DNA from: Setoptus koraiensis
Taxonomy: Eukaryota; Animalia; Arthropoda
DNA: 64,000 bases
Direction of reading: 5' to 3'
NCBI GenBank assembly: GCA_048013815.1
Contig: CM106585.1
Coordinates: 14,942,001 to 15,006,000 of the forward strand
Below are positions 1 through 12,602 of this stretch, piece after piece. Every line of letters starts with the position of its first letter. Position 1 is the first letter of the stretch. Both the position numbers and the translations under genes were made by a program. A model generated the notes under the pieces. It was not told the DNA's origin. It searched no databases and was given only the letters and a program-made list of their open reading frames with translations.

Positions 1-728
1 CTCCTTTTTTTGGCACCCAACACTGTTGTTGAACACTACCATTGATAATGAGACACTGATAATGAGACACTGATAGTGCCGTAAATGAGATACGTCATCA
101 GTGTTACCTGTGCGCTGTCTTCCTGTGCCCGTTCATCTGCATATGAATACATGTAATGATAATGTAAGTAATGTAATATAATATCAGAGTACCATTATGT
201 AATAATATGGCGGTGTTAATGTTGTGTTGCTAGCTAACACACCACCACTGGCGATATCTAACTCGATAAGAAATATCCCTTAGAATACGATAAAACCATT
301 TGAATATCATCATCATCATCGGCAGCAGCAGCAACAGTGTATGGTCGGTGTACGAGATAAATCGGATGAGTTTAAAATGAGCACTAGTGGCGATAATGAT
401 CATATTTATCATTTCTCGGCCACTCGCTCGGCTCCGGTTGCTGTAGTGGCGATAGTGGTCAGCGGGGCAGAGTTTTAGTTTTGCTGGCTGCAGCTCTCTG
501 CAAGGTCTCGTCAGACTGTGACGGTCAGACGGTGGGGCAAGTTGTTTCTCGAGCCTTTGGCTCCGTTTGCGCCCAACGAAGCCGGCCTGCGAGATGCCAT
601 CCAACCGAGGAGTCCATTAGTGTCGCTGCTGTTTCAATGCGTTGCGCCCAACGATCATCTGGGTGTCGTCAGGTGAGTGAGACCGCCAGAGATTGTTGCC
701 AATTGTTGGCCCTCGCCCGTTTGTTGCG

Positions 729-788
729 CAACAACAACACCGACAGCAACAACAACAGCAACAACAACAGCAACAACAACAATAACAG
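729..788 (+). repeat. Degenerate (CAA/CAG)n microsatellite
   Basis: Direct inspection. It begins at the palindrome TTGTTGCGCAACAA (721-734). Confidence 0.9.
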
Positions 789-1732
789 CGACACAAACAT
801 ATCGTGCAAATTAATGACGCAACAAGCCGGCAGCGGTATCATTAGGCGACTCGCCATTGCGTGTCATTGGCTCGATTGAGCAAGCCGGCCAACAGGTACA
901 AGCCAATTCGATTGTGGCATTGAGAGCGGATATCAATCGGCGAGCGGCAATTATCCTAATGAACTCGTCTTACAATCGGGCCTGTTCAATCTAGGCAAAA
1001 GGTTCTGAATTCATTCAATTTCGTCGCCGGCGCCGCTTCTTCTAGATTTAGAATTCTCTATGCGCATTGCGTGCTCGTCGTTGTCTCACCACCAAATTCG
1101 CCTAATCGATTGTCCGTGAAAAGTTTGCAGCAATCACTGGCTTATTCGATTACGCAACCGCTTCATCGATTCGGCCGACTAGCGGGCGAGCGGGCGGTGT
1201 TTGCGGCCAGCCGAATCGAGTGGCGGCGGCGGGCGCAGTGGGCAGTAATGGCATGGTAATTAGGCTACAACAAGCGCGGATAAAACAATGCATGCGGCTA
1301 AGTGGTCAACTCCGGGCTGCGGGCCCGCTCCAAACCGCAACAAACCATCTAAATGTTGCATAACGGTGCTTGTATCGGCTGTCAATAGTCGTGTTTATTT
1401 GTGAGTGTGGCGCCTATCAAGCGCGAATGTGTATCATCATTATGGCAAACAAAACGATTGTTCGGATAATAAGTTGCTGCCAGATAATAAGTTGCTGCTG
1501 CTGTTGGCCAGATATATGTTGGTGATAATAATAATTAAGTGCTCATGCCAGCGCAGCGGCATGCATTATGCATTCAATCATTAGTTGGCCGGCCGCTCGG
1601 TTGGCCGGCCGCGTAGCTAGCAGGTGATTTGATTTCTGGCAATTGCTGCTACTTTTACAACTCGGTCATCAATTGCGCCGCTATCATCTGACGCCAGATC
1701 CGATCTGGCCGGCCGCCTTCCGGTGTTCCCGT

Positions 1733-1797
1733 GATCACAACGAACGATCGCAACGAACGGTCGCAACGAACGATCGCAACGAACGATCGCAATGAAT
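1733..1797 (+). repeat. Tandem repeat, 13-bp unit GATCGCAACGAAC x5
   Basis: Direct inspection. Confidence 0.92.
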
Positions 1798-3082
1798 GAA
1801 CGAAAGCGGCCCATTAAAATTCAAATTTAAATTAGATCTCATCCGCGAGCCGCGCATCGATGCCACTGCCGGCTATCTAGCCGCCGGTGAGCCGCTCGGC
1901 TGGGCGGCTTGCCGGCTGGCTGGCTGCTGTGAGTAATGACAACAAAATATAAACAGTTGCCATGGTAATATGAGCAATAATAGATCAGTAGCGATTCGGA
2001 CATAAATCAAGTTGCGCTCGCAGTTGCGGTTGTCGGGCTTGTCGGTGTTGCGATTGTCGGGCTTGTCGCTGTTGCAAATAACAGCACAATTGTAATCGGT
2101 TAGCAGCAAACAGACTAGACAATTGGCAATAAACAAATCATCAATATATCATCCTTATAAACAAAAAGTTTTATCTGCGCTCCGTTTTGTCCTGTGGCCG
2201 TTTTTGCCTCCTTTACATCGTCGGGTTTGTCTATTATCTCGTGCGTTGTAGCTGATTAAAGTATTGGATTATCATGGCTATTCGCATGATTATCGTCTCC
2301 TCACCGACATGGCATATCCATAGCCAGAGAATTCCCTAAATAAATTACAGTCCGACTCTCGGATCAATTCATCGCCGCCATTATACTAGCATGACTGGCA
2401 ATGCAAATAAATATAAATAAACACAAGCGCAAAACGAGGACAACGTTTTTGAATTATTGGACAACTTGCGAACGAGTTGGCAATAGCAATAATTTCTCAC
2501 GATAACAACAGTTAGTTATTTTGAATTGATTTTTCAACAGGCCGAAATCAATTCTTGGAATCTGGGCGCGAAAGCAATGCCATGGGTGACCGGGCCGCTC
2601 ATTGCTCATTTATCCGCGCTTTATTCTTCGATTTGTTGTGTCGCAATATTGCCGTGCCGCAATTACCAAATTACCCAATTATGCAACCACCATGGGCTAG
2701 ACACACATGTCAGCGGTTTGTGAACATGAGCCCGGCAGTGGAACTGTGACGCACGAATATAATAATAAATGAGCTCTAAATTATCATATTTATTACGTCA
2801 AATAAATATATTTATATTATAATATCACAATATTATAATTCACTCTGGTGACCAGAGTCTGGTCGCATTTTGTCGCGCGCTCCGCGTCTCAAACGCGCTA
2901 TTTGGTCTGGGCGACTGTAAGCAAGAGTCGGCCTGCCGGGGATCGCAAGCACTATTGCTGGCGACAATCGGCGGCCATCGGAATGGCGTTTGAATGGGCG
3001 ATAAAGTTTGTACTTTGATTTTAATTTAAAAAATACAAGTACGAATCTCTCGACTCGAGTTTCGCTGAGTTTCGTGAGTTTC

Positions 3083-3153
3083 GAGTCGCCGAGTCGAGTC
3101 GCCGAGTCGAGTCGCCGAGTCGAGTCGTCCGAGTCGAGTCGCCCGAGCCGAGT
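3083..3153 (+). repeat. Tandem repeat, 13-14-bp unit GAGTCGAGTCGCC x~5
   Basis: Direct inspection. Confidence 0.9.
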
Positions 3154-4263
3154 GCGCGGTGGGAGGAAAAGAGGGCGCCACCGGGCCGGGTTGGTGTTGG
3201 TGTTTGTGTTTTGATTTGTATGGCCGGGACTCACAGCGACTCTGGTCGGTAGCGACGGCAGGCAATGGCGTGTTTTGACTCGGCGCGGCGCTCCGGCAAC
3301 AATGGCGATGTGCTAAACGCTCTTAACGCAGTTGCTGCGAAATCCGGGTTGTTTGGGTGCGATGGAAATTAGATCAAGTTCATTGACGATATTCATGGAG
3401 CAAGTGTTTATGTGTTTGTTTGCGTTATCTAACAAGCAAACTGACGGCGGTCAGCAATGCGATGCGATGGACGCACACTCACCTGTATCACACAACAGGT
3501 AGACCTGTTCACCTGTGGCAACTGCCAACAAACTGCCGTGGATAAGCTGCGGATAAACAGTGAATGTTGCTGCACAGACAGCCGTGAAGTGTGTGCAGTT
3601 TGCTGAAATAATTGCCACCTCGAGTGAATTATTGAATGCGCAAACTGGACCATTCCAGTGGCCGACGCACCATTCCAACGCACCATTCCAACGCACTATT
3701 CAAATAGCGAGCAGCTGAGCGCTCAGGTGAGCCGGCCGAGTCAGGTGAGCAGGCCGAGTGAGGTGAGCGGCGCGAAAATGCGAGCTGACCAGTGGTAACT
3801 TACGAACGTATCGTAAGGCACCGCCATTCATACATCTGGCCGTGTTGCGCCAGAGATTTGGCAGCGCATTTCGCGAGTGGATATTCGCAGCAAATATGGC
3901 AGCAAATATGGCAGCAAATATCCACTCCAGTTGGCGCTGTCAGTGTGACCGGCATGAGCGACACAGATAACAGGCAGCAGATAATCTCTTTTCTCCGGTT
4001 GGCCGTGGCTGGAATGCGCCATTGTTGCCGCTGCCAGTGCCACTAGAACGGACGATGGCGGCCGGCAGCAGCAACATTCGCGCACTGTCCGAGTCGGCGA
4101 CCATTCGAAGCGGCAGTTCTCGCCATGAGAATCGCAAATCGAAAATCGAGAAGAAGAAGCATGAAACGCGCCCATTTTAATCGAGCGAATCTGGTCGCTG
4201 GAATCTTTGTTGTTGGCAAACGAGCTGTGCGTGGCGAGAGTGCGTTCGCAAACAATGGGCCGC

Positions 4264-4303
4264 ACTACCTGTTCGAAGCTGCCGGCGGCTTCGAACAGGT
4301 AGT
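4264..4303. repeat. Near-perfect 40-bp palindrome (16-bp perfect arms)
   Basis: ACTACCTGTTCGAAGC-tgccggcg-GCTTCGAACAGGTAGT. The spacer contains the palindrome GCCGGC. Confidence 0.95.
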
Positions 4304-4411
4304 TGGCGCAATGCTGGCAGCAAACAAATGCTGGCGGTGGTCGTGTGTGCGTGCAAACAAGCAGCAACCGAACCAATTATCTTGTCATGATCTCTTGCGC
4401 GTCCTCCGCCT

Positions 4412-4474
4412 CCCAGCAACAGCCCGCAACAGCCCGCAACAACCCGCAACAACCCGCAACAACCCGCAACAACC
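4412..4474 (+). repeat. Tandem repeat, 10-bp unit CCCGCAACAR x6
   Basis: Direct inspection. Confidence 0.9.
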
Positions 4475-5046
4475 TCGCAGCATCAGCAGCGACAACCTCA
4501 CAACAGCGACGGCAACAGCAACCTCGCAACGACCTCCAATGGCAGCACCGACCAAGCAACAACGAACGCCGGCCGGGTAAAGTACAAACACGGACTCGTT
4601 TGTAGCGACGGCTCGCACAATGATCGCAATTCCTGTCGGAGCTTCCATTTCCGCCGCTCGCAAACCCACCACCGGCCAGCGGAGAATCTGCGAGTGGCCA
4701 GTGCGGAATTCGCCAGTGGCCAGCCGACAATCTGCCAGTGGCCGGAGGAGGATTTTCCAGTGGCCGCTGGCCACTGGAAGATTCTTCAAGCGGCGACAAT
4801 CGCTCCTTGTCGCGCCGTCCGCTCGGGATTATTCGGGTCGGTGCGGCTGGTTGCGGCCAGCGACCAGTATTGTGTTTCGTCGTCGACGGCGTCGTGGTTG
4901 TCATAGGCCATGCACACAATGCCAGTTGCTACAATGATTGGCGTCGCTGCAATGGTCGCCACAATAGTTACCTGTCGCCGGTGGCCACCGGCCAACAAGT
5001 GTCGCCGCTGTGTGACTGGCGCGGTTCGAGCGGCCATCGGGCACCG

Positions 5047-5083
5047 ACTTTCGAATGCGATGTGCACAATCGCATTCGAAAGT
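5047..5083. repeat. Inverted repeat, 15-bp perfect arms, 7-nt spacer
   Basis: ACTTTCGAATGCGAT-gtgcaca-ATCGCATTCGAAAGT. Confidence 0.95.
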
Positions 5084-6350
5084 TGCAGCGTTACTTTCAC
5101 AATTGTGCCACAACAATTGTTTGTTTGGCCAATTGAGCTTTCTCGAGACGCCGTGTTACTCGTTGTCGAGCACGAAGTATTACACAAGTTACAAGTTTGA
5201 CAAAGTATGACAACAAAGCGACACACGACAATGGCAAGCGAACGAACTGCAGTGCCATGAACAGATAAACCATTTGACCAGTTGATTGATACAAATACAT
5301 AAATTGTGTAAATATTGTTGGCTTTGTCACTTGTGTCGCAGCAACGACTTGTGCGCAACAACCAAAGTATCTCACAGTCGCAAACTGGCCACTAAACTCG
5401 CTGACGCAAAACTCAATTTCAATTACATAATAACTCGCGTCGTGATCATGATGCAAGCCGCAACAGGTGACAATGGCATTGTTGTCTCGTTGATACATGT
5501 TGCTATACATTCGAATGTAGCGTTTGCTGCCAGCGGCATCATAGAAACTGCTCACATGTTGTGAGTTGTCACAACACTGTCACTTGTCAGATGATAATTA
5601 TATTGCAGCGCAACATCCAATTCATTTTACGCAAACTTGGCGAGCTGTCAGTGGCGCCAAGCTCGACAAGGCTCCGCCACTTGCTCTGTCACAACAAACA
5701 ATGATTTGCTGCTTCCAATTGTCAGTTTAAACCCACTTTAAATCTACCTAGTCCAAATACACCAAGCAGCACACACTCGATCAAAGCAGCGTCTCGCCTG
5801 ACCTGTCTCGCCAATCACTTGTCGCCGGCGCATTTCGGACAAAGATGGCGCCACTGGCCATGCACACCAGCCCATCAAGCCCGTTCACTGCTTATTAGAT
5901 TCTTCTACGACCGAATACAATAATTATTGCTTTTCTTTTACAATTTCAATTATTTCTTTTCTTGTTCTCAATATATAAGATTTCGACTCACTTATTCGCT
6001 CGTTCGCCGGTTCAAGTCAGCATTTCATTTTTGTTTTTTTTTTCAAATTCGTTTCAAATTATCTCTCAGCACCCGACAGTTATGTTTTGTCAACAACGGT
6101 CTCGCTGACGCGCTCGCTTGGCCACTCAAACAGCGGCCAGATCTACTGTCTAATCTATTGATAAAATAATCAATCCTCGTTAAATATCCGGCTCGAGCCC
6201 GCTGCCAAAACGCTGACTCCAGTCAAGAAGATATTCACTGCAGCCGCGTGAGTCCAGCGGAGAGGATAGCGTAAGATATAAGATACAATAATGCAAAAAG
6301 TTGCGATGCAAAAAACACACGGCGCGTGCTCTGTAAATTACAGACTGCAA

Positions 6351-6388
6351 TCGACGTTTTCGAGTCAGTTTTGACTCGAAAACGTCGA
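6351..6388. repeat. Inverted repeat, 17-bp perfect arms, 4-nt loop
   Basis: TCGACGTTTTCGAGTCA-gttt-TGACTCGAAAACGTCGA. Confidence 0.95.
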
Positions 6389-7573
6389 AAGTGAAATTCA
6401 CAATTCGCAATTCGACACTCGAAACTATCAGAGATTCCAAGTTCGCGGCGATCTCGTACGCATGCTGTGGCTAAAACTCGATGCGTCCGTGCACGAGTGT
6501 CAGTTGCCGTTGAGTGGGCCCGACAAGCCAACAGTAATTGTGTTTGCCCGAAGAAAAGCTGGACAAAAAATCTCTGAAAAAACCTACTGGCGACAGTTAA
6601 CCTTCACTCGTCACCGTGCAATTTCAGGTGCAGTGTTTTTTCACCTCACAAGTCATTCACAATTTTCACAACAAAAGTGAGCTAACACTTGTTGTCGGTT
6701 GTTGGTTGTTTTGTCGACAGAAAAACACTGTTTTGTTGTTGTTTATTGCCAACTTGTGCCATCTATCTTTATCATTTAGTTGGCGCTCGCTCGCTTGACC
6801 ACCGCTAATGGAAAAGAGTCTCGCCGGCCGAGACGACCCACGATAACAGTTTCGCGACTGCCTTCGAAGAATGCACAGTTTCGAGAAGAGACACAGAGAA
6901 AAAACAACAGCGATTTTCATTGTTTGCATTGCGCAAATTGTATTGTGCAGGAGGAGCAAAAAAAGCGACGTTCTTTTTGTTGTGTCTGGCTGACTTTTGT
7001 TCACACACTTCTCAATTATTGCCCGATAGTCTCTCTCTCGCCTTAGTTTCGGCTCTCGCCGGCCGCTCGCCGGCCCGTAATGACTTTTAACAAATGAAGC
7101 TCGCAAATGGATGTCATCAAGGTCACTTGTCACCAGCAGTTTAAACTAAACTACCAGTGGCAGTGGCATAACGGTCGATTCACCTGTCTGTTCTTCTTCA
7201 CTCGCTAATCACTTGGCTAGCCGGCTAATTTTGTGTGTGTGTGTGTGTCATTGCGTAATATACAACGCAACAATTTACAATTGTTAATGTGCAACAAGCG
7301 CATGCAAATTAGCCTTTTTGCGGTTATTGTCGCGTTTTTATCCACTGTGAATACACACGATTGTTTGCCGTTTACCAAACAGAAAAAAAAACATTCTCTC
7401 AACTAGTGTTGGCGTTTTTGGTAGTTTTTTTTCTTCGGTAAACTCTCTTGGTCGCTGTTACGGCCGAACGAAAAACAAACAACAGTTGTGTCCAGCGAGG
7501 CGTTTATCTGAGAGCGAAATCTACAATTTGATTTGTTGTTGCAAGAGAGCGAGCGAGTTAGTATTTGCGAGTT

Positions 7574-7593
7574 GAGAGAGAGAGAGAGAGAGA
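7574..7593 (+). repeat. (GA)n tract; similar tracts at 10992-11009 and 13823-13843
   Basis: Direct inspection. GAGAG is the GAGA-factor element in Drosophila, but function here is untested. Confidence 0.85.
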
Positions 7594-8430
7594 TTTATTG
7601 GATGCCTCCGAAGAGCCTGCAAACGTATCAGATCGAGCGATCGCCCTCTTTTCTTTTGCTGTCTATTACGCAACAGCAACCAGCAACAAGTGGCACACTG
7701 ACCACGACAAAATCTCTCAATCTTGCTTGTTGTTTGTTTTTCCATCACTCTCTCTCTCTCTGCTGGTCAATTTAGTCGCAAGTCAGCTTAGAAGCATTCT
7801 TTTTCTTGCGGCAACTTATCACTTGTCATTTAAATTGGTTTGGACAGTGTGGCGCTGTTGACAGCGCGACACACTTGACAGGGAGCCACTTAAATTAAAT
7901 TGTTGGCCAACTTTCGATTGCGCCAACCAAATCTTGACAGCAGATCCTTTTTGCACCAAAGCCAAAATAGATCACTTGTAGCTGTTGTTTGATTTCATCA
8001 GGCTGCGAACTGACCACTGACCATGTTCACCTGCTGATGAGTCGCACAGTCGACGAAGTAAGGCGAAACCATGATACTTATTGGGCGCCTAACAACTAGA
8101 CAACTCTCGCATTTTTTTTCTTCTTCTTCTAATCTCATTCACTCATCTATCTACATGTATTTACATTCAGTGTTTAGCGATAGGGCAAGTGAGTGAGTGG
8201 CGATCTCATTCAATCAATCAGAGCGAGAGTTTATCTCAAGTGGAGATCCTGTTCTCTTTATTATTCATACGTCACGCAACCTGTTCTGTTCTTTCTCTCA
8301 AAGGGCTCAGAGAGAAAGAACAAGAAAAAGCAATCACTTACTGACAGTGAGCTAGCTATTTGAATTGCCAATGAACAAGCGCCCATTATTAACACTTGTT
8401 AAAAACTTCGAATATTAACAAAGAAAAGCA

Positions 8431-9617
8431 ATGAGCAGCTCAAATAGTCAGAAACTTAATCAGTCAGTTAGCAAAGAAAAAGTGTCAGCAGTCGATACTT
8501 TATTAGAGTCAGTTGAACGCTTAATTCAAACTAACGCACCGATTCTGAGAGTCAACTTAATTTGTCATAGCAGCATCACTAATTTAATTTATTTTGGTGT
8601 TATTTTAGATAATTTCACACTTGATATGACTCCCTCCCTAGATGGATAATCAAAGGCATCGAGTTGGCAGACGACTATTGCAAAATTATACAGTCTTGCG
8701 CTGCAAAGATTGACTCGATTCGCGTGCCTCGATGCAGTCATAAATTGATCACTGATCAATTCATGACTTTAATAATCACGCAACTGCAATTGATGAGCTT
8801 CTTGTCTTTGAGGTTCGAGTTGTCTCTCACGAACTGTCAATTTCTGCTGGATATCCCCTGTTTTTGTTGACAGTGGAGAGCTCTATGCTTTAACTCTAGT
8901 TGTAATGATAGAATATCCAGATAAGCTAATTGGTCGTCCATAAATCTGCAATTATTTAGTAATTGTTCCACATCTTTGAAGGTTGAAGAAATTTTTGGTC
9001 AATTATAAAAATCAGAAACGAAATCCTTCATCACTGGACCGGCAAGTGACATAAGGGGTAGGGCAAATCGATCACTAAAATCAACCAAAATCGGTTCTTA
9101 TGGGAGGAAATGTAGCATTTTTTCTGTTTTTTCGGTGACTTCAAATACGTCTCAAAATCATCCTTATGATAAGAATGACTCGCTAGAAAATTCTCAGGGT
9201 TTTTGCCATGCACAGGAATAGTTCGGCTCGGAACCGATTTGCTCTACCCTATTGATCAGACACTTGACTATTAGACATTGTGACAGTTTGTTGGGTAGGT
9301 GACTTCGTTGAGACAAACAATGGATAACTTGTTGATTGATAACTTATCATGTCACGATTACATCATCATTGTTTCATAAGTTGGAAAGACTGGTATAATA
9401 CGAGCCAAGTGTATATATTGTGGTAATAGATTCATTAGATCAAGCGACATTTGACTTAATTAACCATCGTATTGAATCTGCAAATCGCCCCTTTGGCTTG
9501 GTGATTGATGGCACCTTCAAAGGGGACAATGGAATTAAACCAAAAGGCCTGTGCACAAGTCTGACAAGACTTAAGAATGAGTCTTGTCTTGGTGCCAGTA
9601 TCAGGCACTTGTTGTGA
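8431..9617 (+). pseudogene. Possible decayed protein-coding gene with a cysteine-containing LRR-like segment
   Basis: AT-rich island free of microsatellites, with successive plus-strand frames 8431..8649, 8625..8870 and 9420..9617 separated by a frameshift and stops. The segment KIDSIRVPRCSHKLITDQFMTLIITQLQLMSFLSLRFELSLT resembles the LxxLxLxxCxxITDxxLxxIxxxCxxLxxLxL pattern of F-box/LRR (AMN1-type) proteins. Pattern resemblance only. Confidence 0.25.
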
Positions 9618-11890
9618 CAACAAAACTTGATTTATTTTAGTCTGATTCTAAACTCTCGACAAGCCGCGATCAGCTCAAATAAATAAACAGTGATAATGAT
9701 TTAATAAGCGCTTCATTATCTCGGCATGTATTAATTCAAAATAGGTAGCCGGCCCACTTAAATGATGAAGTTGAATTTGGCAAGATTTAAGATGGCTGAA
9801 ATTAATTGTTTGTTTGCGTTTCGAAAAATGGCCGTTGTGGCACTAGTGTCAATTTTCAAGTGGAATTTCCAGTAAGTACTGGCAGCGCGCTGAGCTCTTG
9901 GCGATAATTGATGATGCAGTTGCCAGCATTTAACATATTGTGTGTACATATAAATATATATGTATTTGAGGGTACATATGTATATATTTCTATATTTGGT
10001 ATCGGACTGTTTAGCATTTAGCTATTTGTTGTTGTTGATCGTTTATCCCAAGACTCGAAGTCAATGATTGCTGTTTGCTGCTCGATGATTCATGATGCCA
10101 CTAATAGCTTTGCCTATGGTGTTGTTGCGACGCAAACAACAAACAACGCTGTTGTTTATAGCCGTTGTTGTGTTTGGTTACGTAATGCACAATAAGTTTA
10201 TGCGGCAACTCTTCGTTTTCATTGGCGACACACACACACATCATAAACAACCATTTACAAAACCAGTGCAAGCCAGCCAGCCAGCCGGCCAGCCAGCTAG
10301 CCAGCGTTTACAATAGGCTGTTTGCGGTGGTCAGTTGCTGCAACTCACAGCAAGTGCTGCTGTGAGTGCCCACAACAACGGCAACTATGCATTTTAAATT
10401 CTTTCAATTTTGCTGTGATTTTAAATTTTTCGAACGATCGCACATCGGCGCTCACATTGGCCAGCCGAGTATCTAGGCAACAACGTGAGTGCATGAGCAA
10501 CGAGAACAAGGTCATTAATTAATAATATTATGAAATTAATTATCGGCGTTAATTGAGATCGGTTGGCAAGTGCTCGATGGCTTGTTGCTCATGCACACAC
10601 AATGATGCTGTGTTGATAAGTGAGGCATGCCTTTTCCATTAGTGGCAAGACCATTTTTCATGTTCTCTATGAGGCGTCGTCACTGTTCAGTGTGCACTGT
10701 TGGCCCGAAAAGTGATGCGTCCTTTCACAAGTGTGTGTGTGTGTTGTTGGTGGCGAGAATCTAAAATTGAATCCAAAATTGAAAACTCAAATTTCCCTTG
10801 CTGACGCTTAATTGATTACTGTGGCCATTCTTTCGAGAATCAAAATTCCAAAATAAGCTGGCTCATTTGCATACAATGCGCTGCGTTCAGTCGCCGGATT
10901 TCAGTGCGAGCCAGTTAGCCGGCCACTCGATGGCCGCTTGGCCTGCAATCGGGTGTATCGCACTCGGCGATACACATACACTCATATATTTAGAGAGAGA
11001 GAGAGAGAGGTCAGGTATAAATCACCCAGCGCAAGGCACCAACGAGCCAGTGATAAACCTGTGAATTGTTGTTGTGCTCGCATCATTTAGCCGCTCGTCG
11101 CAATGGTCACTGTGGCTCGCTCATGTCGGTGCAGCTCGGACGCCGTTTCGGCGAAAAGTGGTGCAGTGCCTCGCCTCGAAGATTCCGCGATTCTGCCATT
11201 CGGCTCAAACCTCTGAAGCGCCGAAGCCTCGAACTTCGAAGCGCCGAGGCCTCGAACCTTCGAAGCGCCGAAGCCCCGAGCGAAACTGCCGGCTGTTGCT
11301 CATGTGCAACGCATTTCGACCAGTCACAAATAATGATGGATCATCTGCTAAGTGTGCACTGATGGCTTTGCAACTATCGCTGGTCGCCGGCCAACAGGAC
11401 GATGATACGCGCATCGCATCACATGACTCATATGACTCATATGATATGGGCCAGGATATTCAGAAGCGGCGGCCGAATCTACTGAATGGAATCGCAATTT
11501 CAATATCCGAGAAAGTAACACTGCTCGGCTTCGCGTCTGACATTTCTGCTGGGCGCTCGCCAAGACACCGCGCACCGCAGAGTTACTCTGCGCGGATCGT
11601 CGGCTTTCGAGAATCTGCGCCGCCAACAAGCGGCATCATCTATTATTTATCCATTGTGGCGCAATGATTGCGGTGGCGCTCGCACTCTGGCATGTATTTT
11701 GATTAATTCCAGCTATCACACACAAATTCGCTCACTGTTTGCTCACTGGCCACTGGCCATTCAACTGGACAACGATGCTCGATTAAGCGATGCCTTGTCT
11801 CGCTCGCCGAGCAACCAGTTCTCTGGCGACTCTCGGCCGAAACGGCCGCAGATCGAGTAAAAACGGCCGCGCATCGGGTAGAAATGGCTG

Positions 11891-11997
11891 GCGAGCGGGC
11901 CGAAGTGGCTCGATGGCGAGCGGGCCGAAATGGCGCGATGGCGAGCGGGCCGAAATGGCGCGATGGCGAGCGGGCCGAAATGGCGCGATGGCGAGCG
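11891..11997 (+). repeat. Minisatellite, 25-bp unit GCGAGCGGGCCGAAATGGCGCGATG x4.3
   Basis: Direct inspection. Confidence 0.93.
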
Positions 11998-12552
11998 AGC
12001 ATCGTTAATCGTGATTCACGACGACGCGCGCACACACTTTCATGATGCGACGGTCGCTTCGACGGTCGTGAGGCTCGCTTTTCGAAGCGACTCGTCCACT
12101 TTATCGTCGAGCTTCTCTTGCGGCGCTTCGACACATTGTGAGTGTGTGTGTGCGTTTTCTGGAGCACTGAATCGCCAAATTGATTAGGCAAATCAGACGG
12201 CCTCATCGAGTGCTGCCGCTGCCAGGCTGCGGGTCTGGCCAGTGGTCAGCCTGAGCCAGCGCAAGCAAAAACTACTTTTCTTTTCGCGCTTCTCGCTGGC
12301 CTGTGGTCGGCGCTCTCGCTGGCCAGATCTGACCCAGTCTGAGCGAGCCGTTCGGACATGCGGTCAGGTCTTAATCGATCGACGGCCGCCCGATTTGAGC
12401 CCGGTGCCAGCGAGAGAATCCACGAATTCGCGCCAAGCGTCTCGCACTATGCCAATAGAGGCCGATAGAAGCCGATAGACGCCGACAGAAAAGATTGGGC
12501 CGTCGTGGCGAGTCGCAACGTAACGCATTCGCTCGCCGCATGCAACGCGCAG

Positions 12553-12602
12553 CGAGAAAATGAGAGAAAATGGGAGAAAATGAGAGAAAATGAGAGAAAA
12601 TG
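12553..12602 (+). repeat. Tandem repeat, 10-bp unit GAGAAAATGR x5
   Basis: Direct inspection. Confidence 0.9.

Noticed and set aside
2850-3247. 10-bp inverted pair GACCAGAGTC/GACTCTGGTC as MITE termini
   Set aside because: It is too short, has no target-site duplication and no second copy; it is plausible by chance.
9047-9070. *HKG*GKS as a decayed Walker A paired with VYIVVIDSLD (~9408-9437) as Walker B
   Set aside because: It needs two stop codons repaired inside the motif, so it is too speculative to call an ATPase.
11891-11997. 25-bp direct repeats as a possible CRISPR array
   Set aside because: The units are contiguous with no spacers, no cas genes are present, and the context is eukaryotic.
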